64,000 bases of DNA from Eledone cirrhosa (taxonomy: Eukaryota): contig OZ024742.1 in the NCBI GenBank assembly GCA_964016885.1, positions 248,806,001 through 248,870,000 of the forward strand. Reading direction: 5' to 3'. The stretch's first letter is position 1. Every line of letters begins with the position of its first letter. The notes under the pieces are model-generated. The model was given only the letters and a program-made list of their open reading frames with translations, had not been told where the DNA came from and did no database searches. Shown piece after piece: positions 47,616 through 62,487 of this stretch. The translations under genes and the position numbers were made by a program.

Positions 47616-48058
47616 CTATCTATTTATCTCTCTATTTCTTACTCCCCCCCCTCTCTCTTCCTCTCAATATTTTACAATCTATCACTTTACATTAAATTAT
47701 ATTTTATATCATCTGATATAAGTTTACCTTAACATATTTTCTTTTTACAATTCACTAAATCGTTTATTTTTTCTTCCTTGTCTTGCAGACTTCCATTATC
47801 ACGTTCTTAATCTCATTCACAGAGATCGTTATTTCGTTTCACTCCCAACCGAACCGATTTCCCGGACACACTTTTATAGTTACTCCAAAACAACTCATTT
47901 CAATTTCATTCTGTTCTCATATATATATATTGATGTATGTATATATATATATACATACACACATAGAAATATGTATATACATACATATATCGATATATAG
48001 AGATATTTATTAATGCACGCACGCAAGAGTACATGCATATATATATGAATGTATATGG

Positions 48059-48105
<47 letters not shown>

Positions 48106-48137
48106 CATAAATAAATATACATACATATACACCTCCC

Positions 48138-48197
<60 letters not shown>

Positions 48198-48570
48198 TAT
48201 ATATATATATATATATATAAATGCATGTATTCATGTACGTTTATGCAGGCAATGGAAAAAAAGTGGAGAACTGAGAAAGAGAGATTCATAAAAAAGAGAG
48301 TGATAGAGAATGTGTTAGATATAGAGTGTGGGTACAATGAGATGATTTAAAAAGAAATATATGAAACACCATTCTTTCAAAAATAAAAATAGACACAAGA
48401 AATGCCGCTAAAATAAAATGTTTTTCGAAAGAGATACTATAAAATCCAAAGTGAAAAGTTGTACGAAAAAACAAATTTGGTGGAACAGACCAAATTAAGA
48501 AACTAACACACCTACGATATGTCGTCCATATATCCATATATGTGTACACACACACACACACACACATATA

Positions 48571-48635
<65 letters not shown>

Positions 48636-48641
48636 TATATA

Positions 48642-48674
<33 letters not shown>

Positions 48675-48819
48675 ACCAGTCAGAACCTTATGGCGTAAGA
48701 ATTACTAAGGAACTTTATTTCTAATGTCTTAGTCTGAGAGAGGCGATGTTCGAATCCTCGCAGGTAACTTTTCTGTTTCAATGGATACTTTACCGGATTT
48801 TCGAAGCTGTTGCTAATAA

Positions 48820-49200
48820 TTGTTACTAGTTTTGGCACAAGGACAGCAAATATGCCAGTGCATTACTGGTACTTTATTTTATCGACCCAATAAGGATGAA
48901 AGGCAAAGTTAATCTCGGCGGGATTTGAACTCAGAAAGTAAAGGCCAACACTCGTTGCTATAAAAAGTAGAAGTAATTATTAGTCATTGGCCAATCCGCC
49001 GCCAATGACTAATAATGCTTCTACTTTTGGCACAAGGCCAACAATTTCCGCAGTATATTACTGGTACTTTATTTTATCGACCCCGTAAAGATGAAAGGCA
49101 AAGTTAGCCTCGGCGAGATTTGAACTCAGATCATAAAGGGGCGTAACTCTATGCCACAAAGCATGGCGTCCAACGCTTGACCGATACTGCCAATCCGCTA
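48820..49200 (-). mobile_element. Two main-family SINE copies (48820-48945, 49017-49200) joined by a short inverted repeat (48962-49028)
   Basis: SINE core matches, plus aaaagtagaagtaattattagtcattggc / gccaatgactaataatgcttctactttt. Confidence 0.85.
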
Positions 49201-49435
49201 GATTATTATTACGCTCATAAACTTTTGGCCGAACATATTTCAAATATACCCACACATGCTTATGTACACATATACACACACATACAATTATATGTATGTA
49301 CAAAAACAATCAACTTGTAGGAATGCGCCATGGTATATTAAGACTCTCACACATATATACAAAAACATGCTCTCTCTCCATATGATTTTCTAAATTTTCC
49401 TTTCGTTTTCTCTTTATCTCTCTCCCACTCTCTCC

Positions 49436-49519
<84 letters not shown>

Positions 49520-49751
49520 CACAAATTAAAATACTGATGTATACACTGACATACACACAAACACCGAAACACACAAACACACACTCACACTTATACAAAT
49601 ATATAGAGGTACTGTTAGATGGATACCTCCTTAGATATAACTCTCAAATATTACCTTACTTTCGTTTTATGAAACAAAAAGCAATCTTCCATGATACTTC
49701 CCTTAGAGTAGTTTTACAAAACCTGCCTCTTTCCCCACCTCTCTCTCTACC

Positions 49752-49807
<56 letters not shown>

Positions 49808-49814
49808 CATACAT

Positions 49815-49862
<48 letters not shown>

Positions 49863-49905
49863 ATGTATATATATGTTTTTGTGTGTGTATATATACATAT
49901 ATATG

Positions 49906-49992
<87 letters not shown>

Positions 49993-50032
49993 GGGTGTAT
50001 CTGAATATACATATATATGTATATATATATAT

Positions 50033-50089
<57 letters not shown>

Positions 50090-50434
50090 AAGAGAAATTA
50101 TATAAAATGATATAAATAAATATATATCTGTATATGACTATTATTTGTGTTACATAACATGGAGCGGTTCACTTTAATGAAACTTGTTCTCACTGACATG
50201 TTTATTTTCCCTTATAAAAGAAATCCAATGTCTTTTACTCCATTTCTAAAGACAACAATTGCGTATTTTTTTATCTTCCTCGTCTCACAGATTCTATGCA
50301 TCCCATTACATGATCATTCCGCGATTCCCATATTCTATATTACCTTCTTTGAATGGCTTCTACTTTCAGATATTGTAACGCATATCCTTCAAGGTTCAAC
50401 TCTTACGCTCTCTCCCACACTTTCTATTCCACTC

Positions 50435-50521
<87 letters not shown>

Positions 50522-50687
50522 ATGAATAAAAAATACATGCGAAGACAGGAAAATGAACGAATGCAGACAGTAGTCTCATTTGATACATATATGTATATAT
50601 ATATGTATGTATATTTATATATAAATATGTATATATACATGTATACATATATATATGAAAATATATATATGAAATATATATTGAAAA

Positions 50688-50774
<87 letters not shown>

Positions 50775-51328
50775 TATACATATATATATAAACATATATG
50801 TGTGACTGTGTTTATGTTTACTGTTTGTGCATATCCCGTGTCTTAATGTTTAGACAAATAGAGATCGATAGAATAAGTATTAAACATGTCTGAATGTAGA
50901 CTGTGTTCTATATTTCTGTATACTGTATATCAATTTTGCTTTTCATATTTCCGTGTGGTTTTCCCAAAGATTTTCTTTTATATGTATTGAAAGGTAAATG
51001 AAATAAATTCACTAAAATATACACTAGTCACAAACAAAAAATAATCACTTGACTCCTGACGTATAAATACAACATCAAAATACTCAAAATTCATGTCGTA
51101 AATCTACATCTTAAAGAAAGATACACACTAACACTACTCCATTCTGAAGAGGGGACTAAGAAAGTTAAGAATCATTGATGGTGGATTTGCAAACTTTACA
51201 GTTCAAAAGAAAGTGCAAGGAATTTATAAGAAGAAATCACTAAAAAAATTAAATCTTAATAAAAATGATAAATGTAGAACACACTAGTTTTTATAATTTC
51301 ACAAAAATATAAACTCACAGATCGTCGT

Positions 51329-51391
<63 letters not shown>

Positions 51392-51516
51392 TTGTATGTC
51401 TGTATCTGTGTACATGTGTGTGTGTAACCTCGCGTCGATATATGTGCGAGTATGTCTTAATAGCACCCAAGCTCATTAAAAAATGTTTTCCTTTCCATTA
51501 TCTCTCCCCCCCCCCG

Positions 51517-51625
<109 letters not shown>

Positions 51626-51629
51626 ACTG

Positions 51630-51677
<48 letters not shown>

Positions 51678-52367
51678 CTCATCTCTCTATTTATCTAGCT
51701 ATCTAGCTAGCTATATGTCTATTTATCTATCTCTGTCTATCTATTTATTTCTCTATCTATTTCCATCTACCTCTAACCCCCCTGCTTTTCCCCAACTCCT
51801 CACCACTATCTACGTCAAAACCATAGGATGTCTTTAATCCAGTACAAAATCAATTCTGTCTCATTTAATCTCTTTAAAGATAACTCGTTTTCATTCTCTC
51901 TTTCTGACTTGCTTCCGGTGTGAAATCCTACACACAGAAGACATATATAACCATGCGTTAAAAGATCACAACACACTCACAGAAACAAACACATACACAA
52001 GAATAGACACACACGAATACCGCACACGCATGAGCTGTGCCATATATACGTGACATTCAGATAGAGGAGCTTCACCGAAAGCATGTACGCGGACACGCAT
52101 ATGCAGATGCATACACTCACGGATACACAGACGCGGATGCACTCACACCTACGCACACACGCGGGGGCACACACATACCAATACATCTACAAGCTGATAT
52201 GGACATAGGTATACAAACATGCACACAAACCTCCATACACATATGCATATAGAGACAATCAAGCATACATATACATGCATGCACGTATATAAACATAACA
52301 TACATACATGGATAAATATATACATACATACATACATACATAAATACATACAAACATACATAAATAC

Positions 52368-53366
52368 ATGGTGGCTGCCAACTGGTTTTCGAGTACGGCC
52401 ACTACTTTATATCCATGTAGGAGAACCCCTACCGATGCGCTGAACGAGTGTGACTTTTTAGCTAAGGGGTCATCTCTCCCGGTGATTATGGATGGCCATT
52501 GACTCTTAAGAGCTCCTTTGCCCTTTGACAGGTTTTGTTTTTAGTCCTGCAGGATGTCCAAAGTCACCTTCCTCACCAAGAAACCTTGGTGGGGTTGCCA
52601 GTTTAGTCGCCAACCACCCGACCATGAGACAGGTTGTACTTGGTAACATGTTACCAGTAGCACCAAGTGGTGACATAAATACATACATACATACATACAT
52701 ACATACATACATACATACATACATACATACATACATACATACATACATACATACATACATGGTGGCTGCCAACTCGTTTTTGAGTACCGCCACTACTTTA
52801 TATCCATGTAGGAGAACCCCTACCGATGCGCTGAACGAGTGTGACTTTTTAGTCCAGCCAGCGACTTGAAAACTCTGGTACAAACACTACACTTGTGACA
52901 ATTATTGACACATAGTGCTGGTCCCATGGTACCATGTGACGACAAGTGCAGAGAGATCTCCAGATATAAAGCAATGCCTGTGCCGTGAAGCTTTTATAGT
53001 GAGCAAAGGCATTGCACAAAACCAGTCCTACTCTCTTAACCAAGATGATATTTACCAAAAAGAAGAACAAGTCAACATCATTGGATACCATCAGGGTTGC
53101 AGGTGTTATATCAGAGTTTTCCTTCTCCTAGAATTCTGCCTTGACAAAGGCTAAGGGGTCATCTCTCCCGGTGATTTTGGATGGCCATTGACTCTTAAGA
53201 GCTCCTTTGCTCTTTGACAGGTTTTGTTTTTAGTCCTGCAGGATGTCCAAAGTCACCTTCCTCACCAAAAAACCTTGGTGGGGTTGCCAGTTTAATCGCC
53301 AACGACCCGACCATGAGACAGGTTGTACTGGGTTACATGTTACCAGTAGCACCAACTGGTGACCTG
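52368..53366 (-). mobile_element. Two tandem non-coding elements embedded in (CATA)n: short copy 52368-52675 and long copy 52759-53366; probable non-autonomous RTE derivative
   Basis: The copies have near-identical ends, and the short copy lacks 52852-53149. The minus strand has ctaggagaaggaaaactctga and aaactggcaacccc, which I recall from RTE 5' UTRs (not searched). Confidence 0.7.
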
Positions 53367-53454
53367 ACATACATACATACATACATACATACATACATAC
53401 ATACATACATACATACATACATACATACATACATACATACATACATACATACCA

Positions 53455-54225
53455 TGCATGGATATATTGCCAGGAAGCTCCAGAATGAGAGTAATATAGA
53501 TAAGGAAAGTAGTATATCTTGTACCAACAACCATTATATTGGCTCCCACTTTGAAGGATACGCTTTTGCAATCCAAGAAGAGGAGATTAACACGAAATAC
53601 CTAATTCACAAAAGAGATAGAGATGCAGGCAAAACACCTAGAAGAGCAGAACTAACATCGAGGATATCATGTCATCAGCAGCTGTCGAAAGATGTCATCA
53701 AGTTACTATCTACCTATGAGACATGATGTAGTGGCCAAAACACTGTACGATGCAGTCCGTAAAAAAGATAGCCCCGATAATAAACACATTAAAATCTACA
53801 GCAATGTGGAAGACATCCATGTACATAATCTGAAAGAGTACTTGTGGAATGTTCCAGTAAAAACCCCAATAAAATGCAGGCATAACAGACCAGATATTAT
53901 GATATGGAACAGGGAGAAGAAAGCATGCACAGTAGTGGAAATTAGCTGCACAGCAGATGCCAATATAATATCAAAGATTAGCGAAAAGGAGAATATTTAT
54001 GCAGAACTGATGAGAAATCTGCAGATACTCCACCCTGATTACACCTTCATATTTATACCTGTGATTATTGGGGCACTGGAGTATGTTAGTAACTGCCTCA
54101 ATACAAATCTTTAGAAGCTAGGCTTCACAGGAACAGAAACAACACAACTAGTTAGGAAATTACAAGTACAATCCATTAATGGAACAGTAAAAATATGTAA
54201 AACATTCCAAAAATGTTGCATCTAA
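53455..54225 (+). mobile_element. Divergent R4-clade RLE non-LTR retrotransposon 3' fragment adjacent to (CATA)n
   Basis: MHGY...SHFEGYAFAIQEEEINTKYL..., VISSCRKMS..YYLPMRHDVVAK..., WNVPVKT...HNRPDIMIW...VVEISC...EKENIY.EL...IPVIIGAL. Contains frameshifts and a premature stop at 54112. Confidence 0.85.
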
Positions 54226-55177
54226 TAACAGCATATACAGATGTACAGATACAAAGCATATACACAAACACACATACAACTCAAATCATACACATCCACA
54301 CATACAATAACATCCATATCTACACATGCATGCATACATAATCTACCTAATTGATGTGTAAATTCCAATGAGAGAGTCTTGTGTCTATGTTAGAAATCGA
54401 CTCTCTCTCTATTGTGAAAAAAATTGTGAAATTATAAAACCAGAATATACATACATACGTACGTACATACATATATACATATACACATACATACATACGT
54501 ATATGCATGCATTCATACATACGTACATGCATTCATACATGCACGTCATCTACATATATGTATTGTTACATACGTACAAGCACATACATATTTATAAACG
54601 TACAAACATTATGTACGTACAAGCATGCATAGTCTCAATCATACATATATACAGATATACATGTATGTGCCTGTGTGTGTATGTGTTATGGGGTGACCTT
54701 ATTTCATTATGTCTCTTAACATAATTTAACAGTCGAAATGAACGACTGAACCAAGGCTGTGTTCCAGCATGGCCTCAGTCTAATGACGGAAATCTTTAAA
54801 AAGGTCATTTCGAATTATGAATCTGGAATAATTAACTCTTGCACCTATCATTGGGGTTTATTGGTCACTGGAGATTCATATATAAGTGAAATAGCTCTTT
54901 TTATCATTGAGAGGTTATATATGCCTTTTAGTCTGTCTATGTGTTTGTTTGTTTTCGTTATGTCTGTCATACACACACACACACACACACACGTATATAT
55001 AAGTGTGTGTCTACATAAATATATATCTATACTATGCATACATAAAAACACACACGAACATATATGTATATATATATGTGTGTATACACAAATACACTTA
55101 CACACTTAGCTCACAAACGCATATATTTGTATATCATTTTATATTGCCTTTTACGATCTCGCTGAAATTATGTCTAT

Positions 55178-55262
<85 letters not shown>

Positions 55263-55266
55263 GACA

Positions 55267-55306
<40 letters not shown>

Positions 55307-55525
55307 CAACAGATTAAAGTTTAAGCAAAGAATCGCTGCTTTCACCCTTAACGGCATCTTCTGAAACTAGGTAGATGTACCTCTTTTCTTTTCCTCTATG
55401 TTTTCTTCTTCGCCCTGTCTCATCCTATCACTTCCTTCCACCCCCGATCTCCTTCCTCGTCTGTTTTTCCTCTTTCGCCTACCCCGATGCAGCCCATCGG
55501 GCCTCTGTAGCCTCAGTACCCCACC

Positions 55526-55830
55526 CATGTAATTTTAAGATAGAATTGACCGAATACGCTTTACTAGCCATTTATAGCATGTGTTAGACCCTTGTAATTT
55601 TGTATCATGTTTGTTACTACTCCAATTCTACAATTTCAAAATTTCTTATTTAGTATTTTCTATTCTCAACTTATTAACCTGTAATTGTAAGATAGCATTG
55701 GCGGAATACGCTTTGCTAACTATTTATAGCAGCTGTGTTAGACCCCTGAAAAATTTGCATTATATTTTTTTCACTACCCACTTCGACAATATCTTATTTA
55801 GTATTTTCCATTCTCAACTTATTAACCTGT
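55526..55830. repeat. Diverged tandem duplication, unit ~152 bp
   Basis: tgtaatt.taagatag.attg..gaatacgcttt.cta...atttatagca..tgtgttagaccc...tcttatttagtattttc.attctcaacttattaacctgt occurs twice. Confidence 0.8.
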
Positions 55831-56236
55831 TCTATAGCTTTGGCCGTACAAGCAACACCTACTAATTAGAGCAGCTGTTTCTAGACTCTACTGTTTTTTT
55901 TTGTTGTTTTTTTTATTCATTATTACTATCTAATATTTTTTTTATATTTCTTTCTATTATTTTTTATTGTCTCCTACTCACATTTGACTTACCTATTCTA
56001 TAACCTCCCTCCTCCATTTTCTCCAGAACAATTTTTCGACTTTCATACACTATCCTTAGAATCTGCTGAATAGATATCACTTTCAACGCTTGACTGGCTC
56101 CACTCACTCCCTCATTGTTCTACAGGCAAGTTCAGCCACCCCTACCACCCACCAAATGCCATGATAGACTTATTTGTGTTTACAACAAATTCTGACCAAT
56201 CCTCTCAACAGCTACAATCTTCCCATATAAGGAAGT

Positions 56237-56332
56237 ACCCCTTGACAAGTTCGGCTATTTATTTACCAGGCTAAAAATTCTAATTTAGTCAAAAAATAGT
56301 CGTCGAAACGGCTTGAACTCTGCCGTCGGGGT
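56237..56332 (+). ncRNA. Complete monomeric-type hammerhead motif, U3-A8 variant with long stem II (family E)
   Basis: ACCCC TTGACAA G tt CGGCTATTT..GGCTAAA-aattctaa-TTTAGTC..AAATAGTCG t C GAAA CGGC-ttgaactct-GCCG TC^GGGGT. GUC cleavage triplet, predicted cut after 56327. Confidence 0.85.
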
Positions 56333-56549
56333 CATACATTTTCCTATATATTTATGTTCTGAGGAGATTGTTTTGGTAAAAACAGGAGCAAGCAATTAAT
56401 ATACAGACATCAACGGTGAAAAAATTGTTTTAAAGATATCATAAATAAACATCAAATGCATTTTAGGTTAACAAAAAAACTAATTCTATATTGTTCAGTT
56501 TTTGAAAGATTTCATTTGACTTTTGTTTGGCTTTTTTAGTGTTATTATG

Positions 56550-56620
<71 letters not shown>

Positions 56621-56789
56621 AAAGTTATATTTAAATTGTTGGGTTACAACTAGTAAATATTTATAACTGATATAAAAGCACTCGACAAGTATTTGGAGTA
56701 TATTTACAATATTAAATTCAACTTTTCAAATACAAGTCGATGTTGTTACGGTATGTCAAATCTATTTATCTATAAAACTGTTTATATTG

Positions 56790-56855
56790 TATTTTGTCTG
56801 AGGAAGGCATAGCATATTGTTAATATGATATCCCTGAAATATATATAATGAAATA
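56790..56855 (+). ncRNA. Type I hammerhead motif (family A-like stem III, unrelated stem II)
   Basis: TATTTTGT CTGAGGA AGGcATAgCATATT-gtt-AATATGaTATcCCT GAAA TATATA TA^ATGAAATA. Lies inside TA-flanked unit 56619-56897. Confidence 0.8.
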
Positions 56856-56892
56856 AATATGGTTTTATAAATATAGTTTCCATTTATTTAAT

Positions 56893-56960
<68 letters not shown>

Positions 56961-56962
<2 letters not shown>

Positions 56963-57221
56963 TGGTTACACGACAGTTAGTTCACCGTACCGAGAAAAAA
57001 TTGTTTCACCTTAGCGGATCTTCAGCTCGGGATGTGTATGGTTATAGGAACAGGACGGACAACCGTACGAACGCGCATGCGCAGAAACTCGGTCACTTCA
57101 CACAGGCAATACTAGACTGCGTACGAGAGGTGTAAGGGAGATAACTGCGAAAGTCTGGAAAGTTTTTAATCCCTTGGACTGAGTGCTCTACCACTACGGA
57201 TATTACCTTCCAGTGTTCCAC

Positions 57222-57226
<5 letters not shown>
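56961..57226 (-). mobile_element. TA-flanked PLE-type 3'-end unit with decayed hammerhead at 56990-57030
   Basis: CCGAG CTGAAGA tCC-gctaa-GGt GAAA CAATTTTTT CTCGG. Stem I is a perfect 5 bp, while stem III is decayed. Confidence 0.6.
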
Positions 57227-57310
<84 letters not shown>

Positions 57311-57382
57311 CACACACACACATATATAGACATACACATATAGATATATACGTATACTATATTTTTCTTTCTCTCTCTCTTT

Positions 57383-57424
<42 letters not shown>

Positions 57425-58383
57425 TATATTTTTCGTTCTGATTTAGTTGGATTCTCTACAGAATCTGATTTTGCACAATATTTGAGACATTATATTTTTG
57501 TCGGTATTGCTGACATCTATGTTATATTTGTTGTTTTGTTTTTTTTGCTAGTGTTCTAGCTGTTATAATTGACGATGTTAAGCTGGTTTAATTGTTGTTG
57601 TTACAGTTATTGTTATTGTCGTTGTTCTTTTTTCCTTACTGTTACTTTTCCTGTTGTTATTTTTTTGTTTTTTTTTGTTTTCCTTGACTGTGCGAAAACC
57701 TGTGGCTTTGAGATTAAAGTGCGGGGCTCGCAATCATGAGGATGTGTGTTCCCTTCCCTGCCAGTGCGGCGTGTTTCGTCGTCCGTGAGAAACGCACTTT
57801 CTTTCACGTTGCTCCAGTTCATTCAATGCAAAAAAGAATCAAACGAGTTGCGATGTCACTATTGCTAAGTTGTATCGATCTTTGCTTTTCCCTTGAACAC
57901 TATTGGTTACGTGAAGATGGAAAATTGTATGCATTGGCGACAACTAACCATCTACAAATTCACATTAACCAGGCTTGTCCCTCGTAGAGGAATATTTTAG
58001 GTGACAGAAGGGGCCTCATCCCTCAAAAACTTGTGGCGTACAGTATTTACTGCTGTTGTTGTTCTTGTCTTTTGTATTGTAGTTGCTGTAGTTGATATTA
58101 TTGACTTTGTACATTCCGTATTTCTTGTTAAAATATTAGTGTTTTTCTTACCATCGTTCTTGATATTCTTGCTATTGTTGTTGTTAATATGTTGTCGTAC
58201 TTGTTGTTGCTGAGGCTCTTAATATGTCTTTGCCATTGACTTTGTCGTTGTTATTGTTTTTGTGCTCTTAATATTGTTGTCGTTACACTTGTCATTTTAG
58301 ATATCGTTGTTGTGGATGGAGAAAACTTGAATCTATTGTTATACGTTCTGGCCACTTTACAATTGTTATTATTGTTGTTGTTA

Positions 58384-58835
58384 GGGCGGTGGTATGGCAG
58401 TATCGGTAGAAGGTCGGACACCATGCTTTACAGCACACAGTTACGGCCCTTTATGATCTGAGTTCAAATCCCGCCGAGGTTAACTTTGCCTTTCATCCTT
58501 ACGGGGTCGATAAAATAAAGTACCAGTGACGCACTGGGGTCGATTTAATCGACTTTCCGCTCCCCCAAAATTGCTGGCCTTGTGCCTGTATAAGAAAACG
58601 TTATTATAGGTGTTGTTAGGGCAATGAATTGGCAATATCGGTAGAACATTGGACCACGTGATTTTTTTACATAGAGATGCGGCTGTTTACCTCCTGAATT
58701 AAAATCCCGCCGATTTTACCTTTGGTTTCATCAAAACGGGTTCGATAAAATATAGTATCTGTAAGGCTCTGGGTTCGATTTTATTGACGTTCTCCTTCTC
58801 TTCAAATTGCCGACCTTAGGCTAAATGTAGAAACA
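58384..58835 (+). mobile_element. Two tandem main-family SINEs (intact 58384-58600; old 58619-58835)
   Basis: Both match the SINE head, core and tail. Confidence 0.88.
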
Positions 58836-59015
58836 TTATAATTGTTAACGATGTGATTATTTTGTGGTGAAGATGTTGTTGACGTCGTTATTGTTGTTGG
58901 TGCCTTTAGAGGCATGTGATTGTTAAAATGTTAAAGTTTTTACAAGATGGAAGAAAAGATTCAAAAATAGAGACATTATCGAGATCAACTACTTTATTCA
59001 ATTTTTGTATCTCCA

Positions 59016-59093
<78 letters not shown>

Positions 59094-59373
59094 ACTCTCT
59101 CTCTCCCTCTCTCTCTCTATATATCTCTATCTATCTATCTATCTATCTAGCTATCTATCTATCTCTATCTCTATCTCTATCTATCTCATTCTAACACTCT
59201 CCCATATACACGTACACATTTTGTACAAACATACATGTATACATGTTTGTAAGTGTGTGTGTGCTTATATTTATATGTATATACAAATATATACATATAT
59301 ATATATATATACAAATGTGTGTGTGTATATAGATATATACATACATAAGTATCTATATATATATATATAATTA

Positions 59374-59451
<78 letters not shown>

Positions 59452-59527
59452 CATATATGTCTATATTTATATATATGTGTCTGTGTCTGTGAGTGTATAT
59501 ATATATATATTTATATATATATATATA

Positions 59528-59691
<164 letters not shown>

Positions 59692-59728
59692 TACATATAT
59701 GTTTCTATATATATGTGAGTGTCTGTGA

Positions 59729-59845
<117 letters not shown>

Positions 59846-59934
59846 AGTATCTATATATATATATATATATAATTATATATATATATATATAATATATATA
59901 TACATACATATATGTCTATATATATATGTGTGTG

Positions 59935-60055
<121 letters not shown>

Positions 60056-60538
60056 GTATATATGCATACTTGTATGTAGGTATGTATGCATGCATATATG
60101 TAAGTATGCGCATGCGTCGCCTATCAACGTATCTCTGTCTAACTAATCTAATATTACCAACATACAATGTTTGCGTCAACGATTCATCCATCACAATACA
60201 GTAAACAAATATCAAACATGCAGCTTCCTCACCCCCACCACATTCATCACCACCAACAACAGTAGCAAAAAAACACCAGGACTGCTACTATCACTACAAC
60301 CACGACGATGACGACCACCACCACCACCACCACAACCACCATCAGCACGGGTTACCGCATCCAGCCACTCGAAACCACCACCCCAATCCCTGACATGTAT
60401 AAGCATAGATATAATAGATATATATATTACACTTATATATATATAAGTGTATGTGTGTATGTATGATATATATATAAGTGTGTGTGCATATGTATATATA
60501 TATGTATATATGCACTTATATATATATATATATATGCA

Positions 60539-60588
<50 letters not shown>

Positions 60589-60679
60589 GTGTGTGTGTGT
60601 ATGTATGATATATATATAAGTGTGTGTGCATATGTATATATAAATATGTATATATACACACACATATATATATATATGG

Positions 60680-60710
<31 letters not shown>

Positions 60711-60764
60711 CGCACATATGAATATACATATAGACACAAAGAGGGTGAGAGAGAAAGAGTGAGA

Positions 60765-60845
<81 letters not shown>

Positions 60846-61244
60846 TTTTGTTTGTTTTTTAATTTATTATTTTCCATTTAATCGTTTATAATTTGTGATT
60901 TTTTAGTTTAGAATTTGTGTAGTTTTAGTTTAGAATCGTCTTCTTCTTCTTCATCCCCTTCTCCTTCCCTCTTCTCTTTTCCTTCTTTTTTCATTACTTT
61001 ATTTTATTTTCTCCAAATTTAAGAGCATCACAGTTGAAAATAAATGAAGACAAAACAAGATAATGGTAAACCTAACAAACTCGTATGTCGAAAGACACGA
61101 GCCAAATGGAGTGTAAGTAGAACAGACAAAGCCTATATATAAAGCGACAACATATATATATATATATATACATACATATGTGTATATATATACACACATA
61201 GATACATATATACATATATATGTATATATGTATATAGATATGTA

Positions 61245-61327
<83 letters not shown>

Positions 61328-61330
61328 ATA

Positions 61331-61364
<34 letters not shown>

Positions 61365-61682
61365 ATATGCATAGATACATATATACATACATATATACAT
61401 ACATACATGCACCCATACGTACATTCATATATACATACTTATATAGCAAAAAGAATAATTTCCAGTGAAGAATCTACGGGTTTGGCGATAGACCTAACAA
61501 CTGCCACGAGTTGACTTTTAATTTGTCTTGGAGACATGTAATTGTGGAATGTTAAGTGTGAACTATTTTGTGTTTAGAGTTCATTGTTGAAACAAATTTC
61601 CTAACGTACTGTAGAATTATGCTCACCGCCTCATCCCCCTCTCTCTTTCTTTCATGCACTCATTTGTTCTCTACAGCATTTT

Positions 61683-61719
<37 letters not shown>

Positions 61720-62029
61720 GGTAGGGGGGGGGATGTGTGTGTGTGTGTATTCTTGCAGTCTCCAGGCCTTCACCCCAGTCTGTACTGTGCTCACATTTAT
61801 TTATAACGCAACTATTGCCAACTGACATAATGCCAGTTTTCCTTGAAATAAAAGATGTTAAAATGGTATTTAAATATTGCATAATATAATTTTTTAATTT
61901 TATTTAGAATATCTAAATAAAGGAAGTAATAAAGAAAATAATAGAAAAATATATTCTACGAAAGTTACAAAGCATATACAGAACTTCAGTATGTACAATG
62001 TGTTTAACTGTTTCCTTTGGGGCATATAT

Positions 62030-62410
62030 GAAGAGTTCGAGGGTCTTCCTAGTATGGATGAACCTACATATAATTAATCATGTGAGAAACAGCCCTCTTC
62101 TAGCTTGTCTCCGACGACCTGCAACGTTTTATCTTGGAACTTAATGGTCATTGCTTAACTGACACTTACTGGGAATTGCAATCTGTGGTATTGGTAATAT
62201 TCTAGGTATAAATACAATGTCTCCCTTACCATATCCGGTGAGGATCTTGGCATTGATAATATGAGGCAGTAGCTCAGTCACAACCATATGCGTCCCATTA
62301 CACAATCATTGCTGATCACGCTTTCTGAGAAGCATGATGACTGTGTTATTCTTCAATTAAAGATGTTATGTAACATACCGGATGGTTCCACACTGTTGAA
62401 AAACTATGCT
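62030..62410 (-). mobile_element. Degenerate Helitron RepHel (Pif1-family helicase) C-terminal fragment
   Basis: Across frameshifts and stops: FNSVEPSGM, VIMLLR...LCNGTHMVVTELLPHIINAKILTGYGKGDIVFIPRI, RLQFPVSVS*AMTIK, TLQVVG..LEEGCFSHD*LYVGSS. This is absent from the ORF track. Confidence 0.88.
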
Positions 62411-62487
62411 GTTATGAACGGCAAGTGTTGCTCTTCCACACAGAGAACACTTGATTAAGTTTACAACACTTTCCACAGCAGTAGAAA

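Noticed and set aside
57690-58040. Non-repetitive, GC-richer stretch with short ORFs
   Set aside because: No recognisable protein motif or splice structure. It could be regulatory, but this is unsupported.
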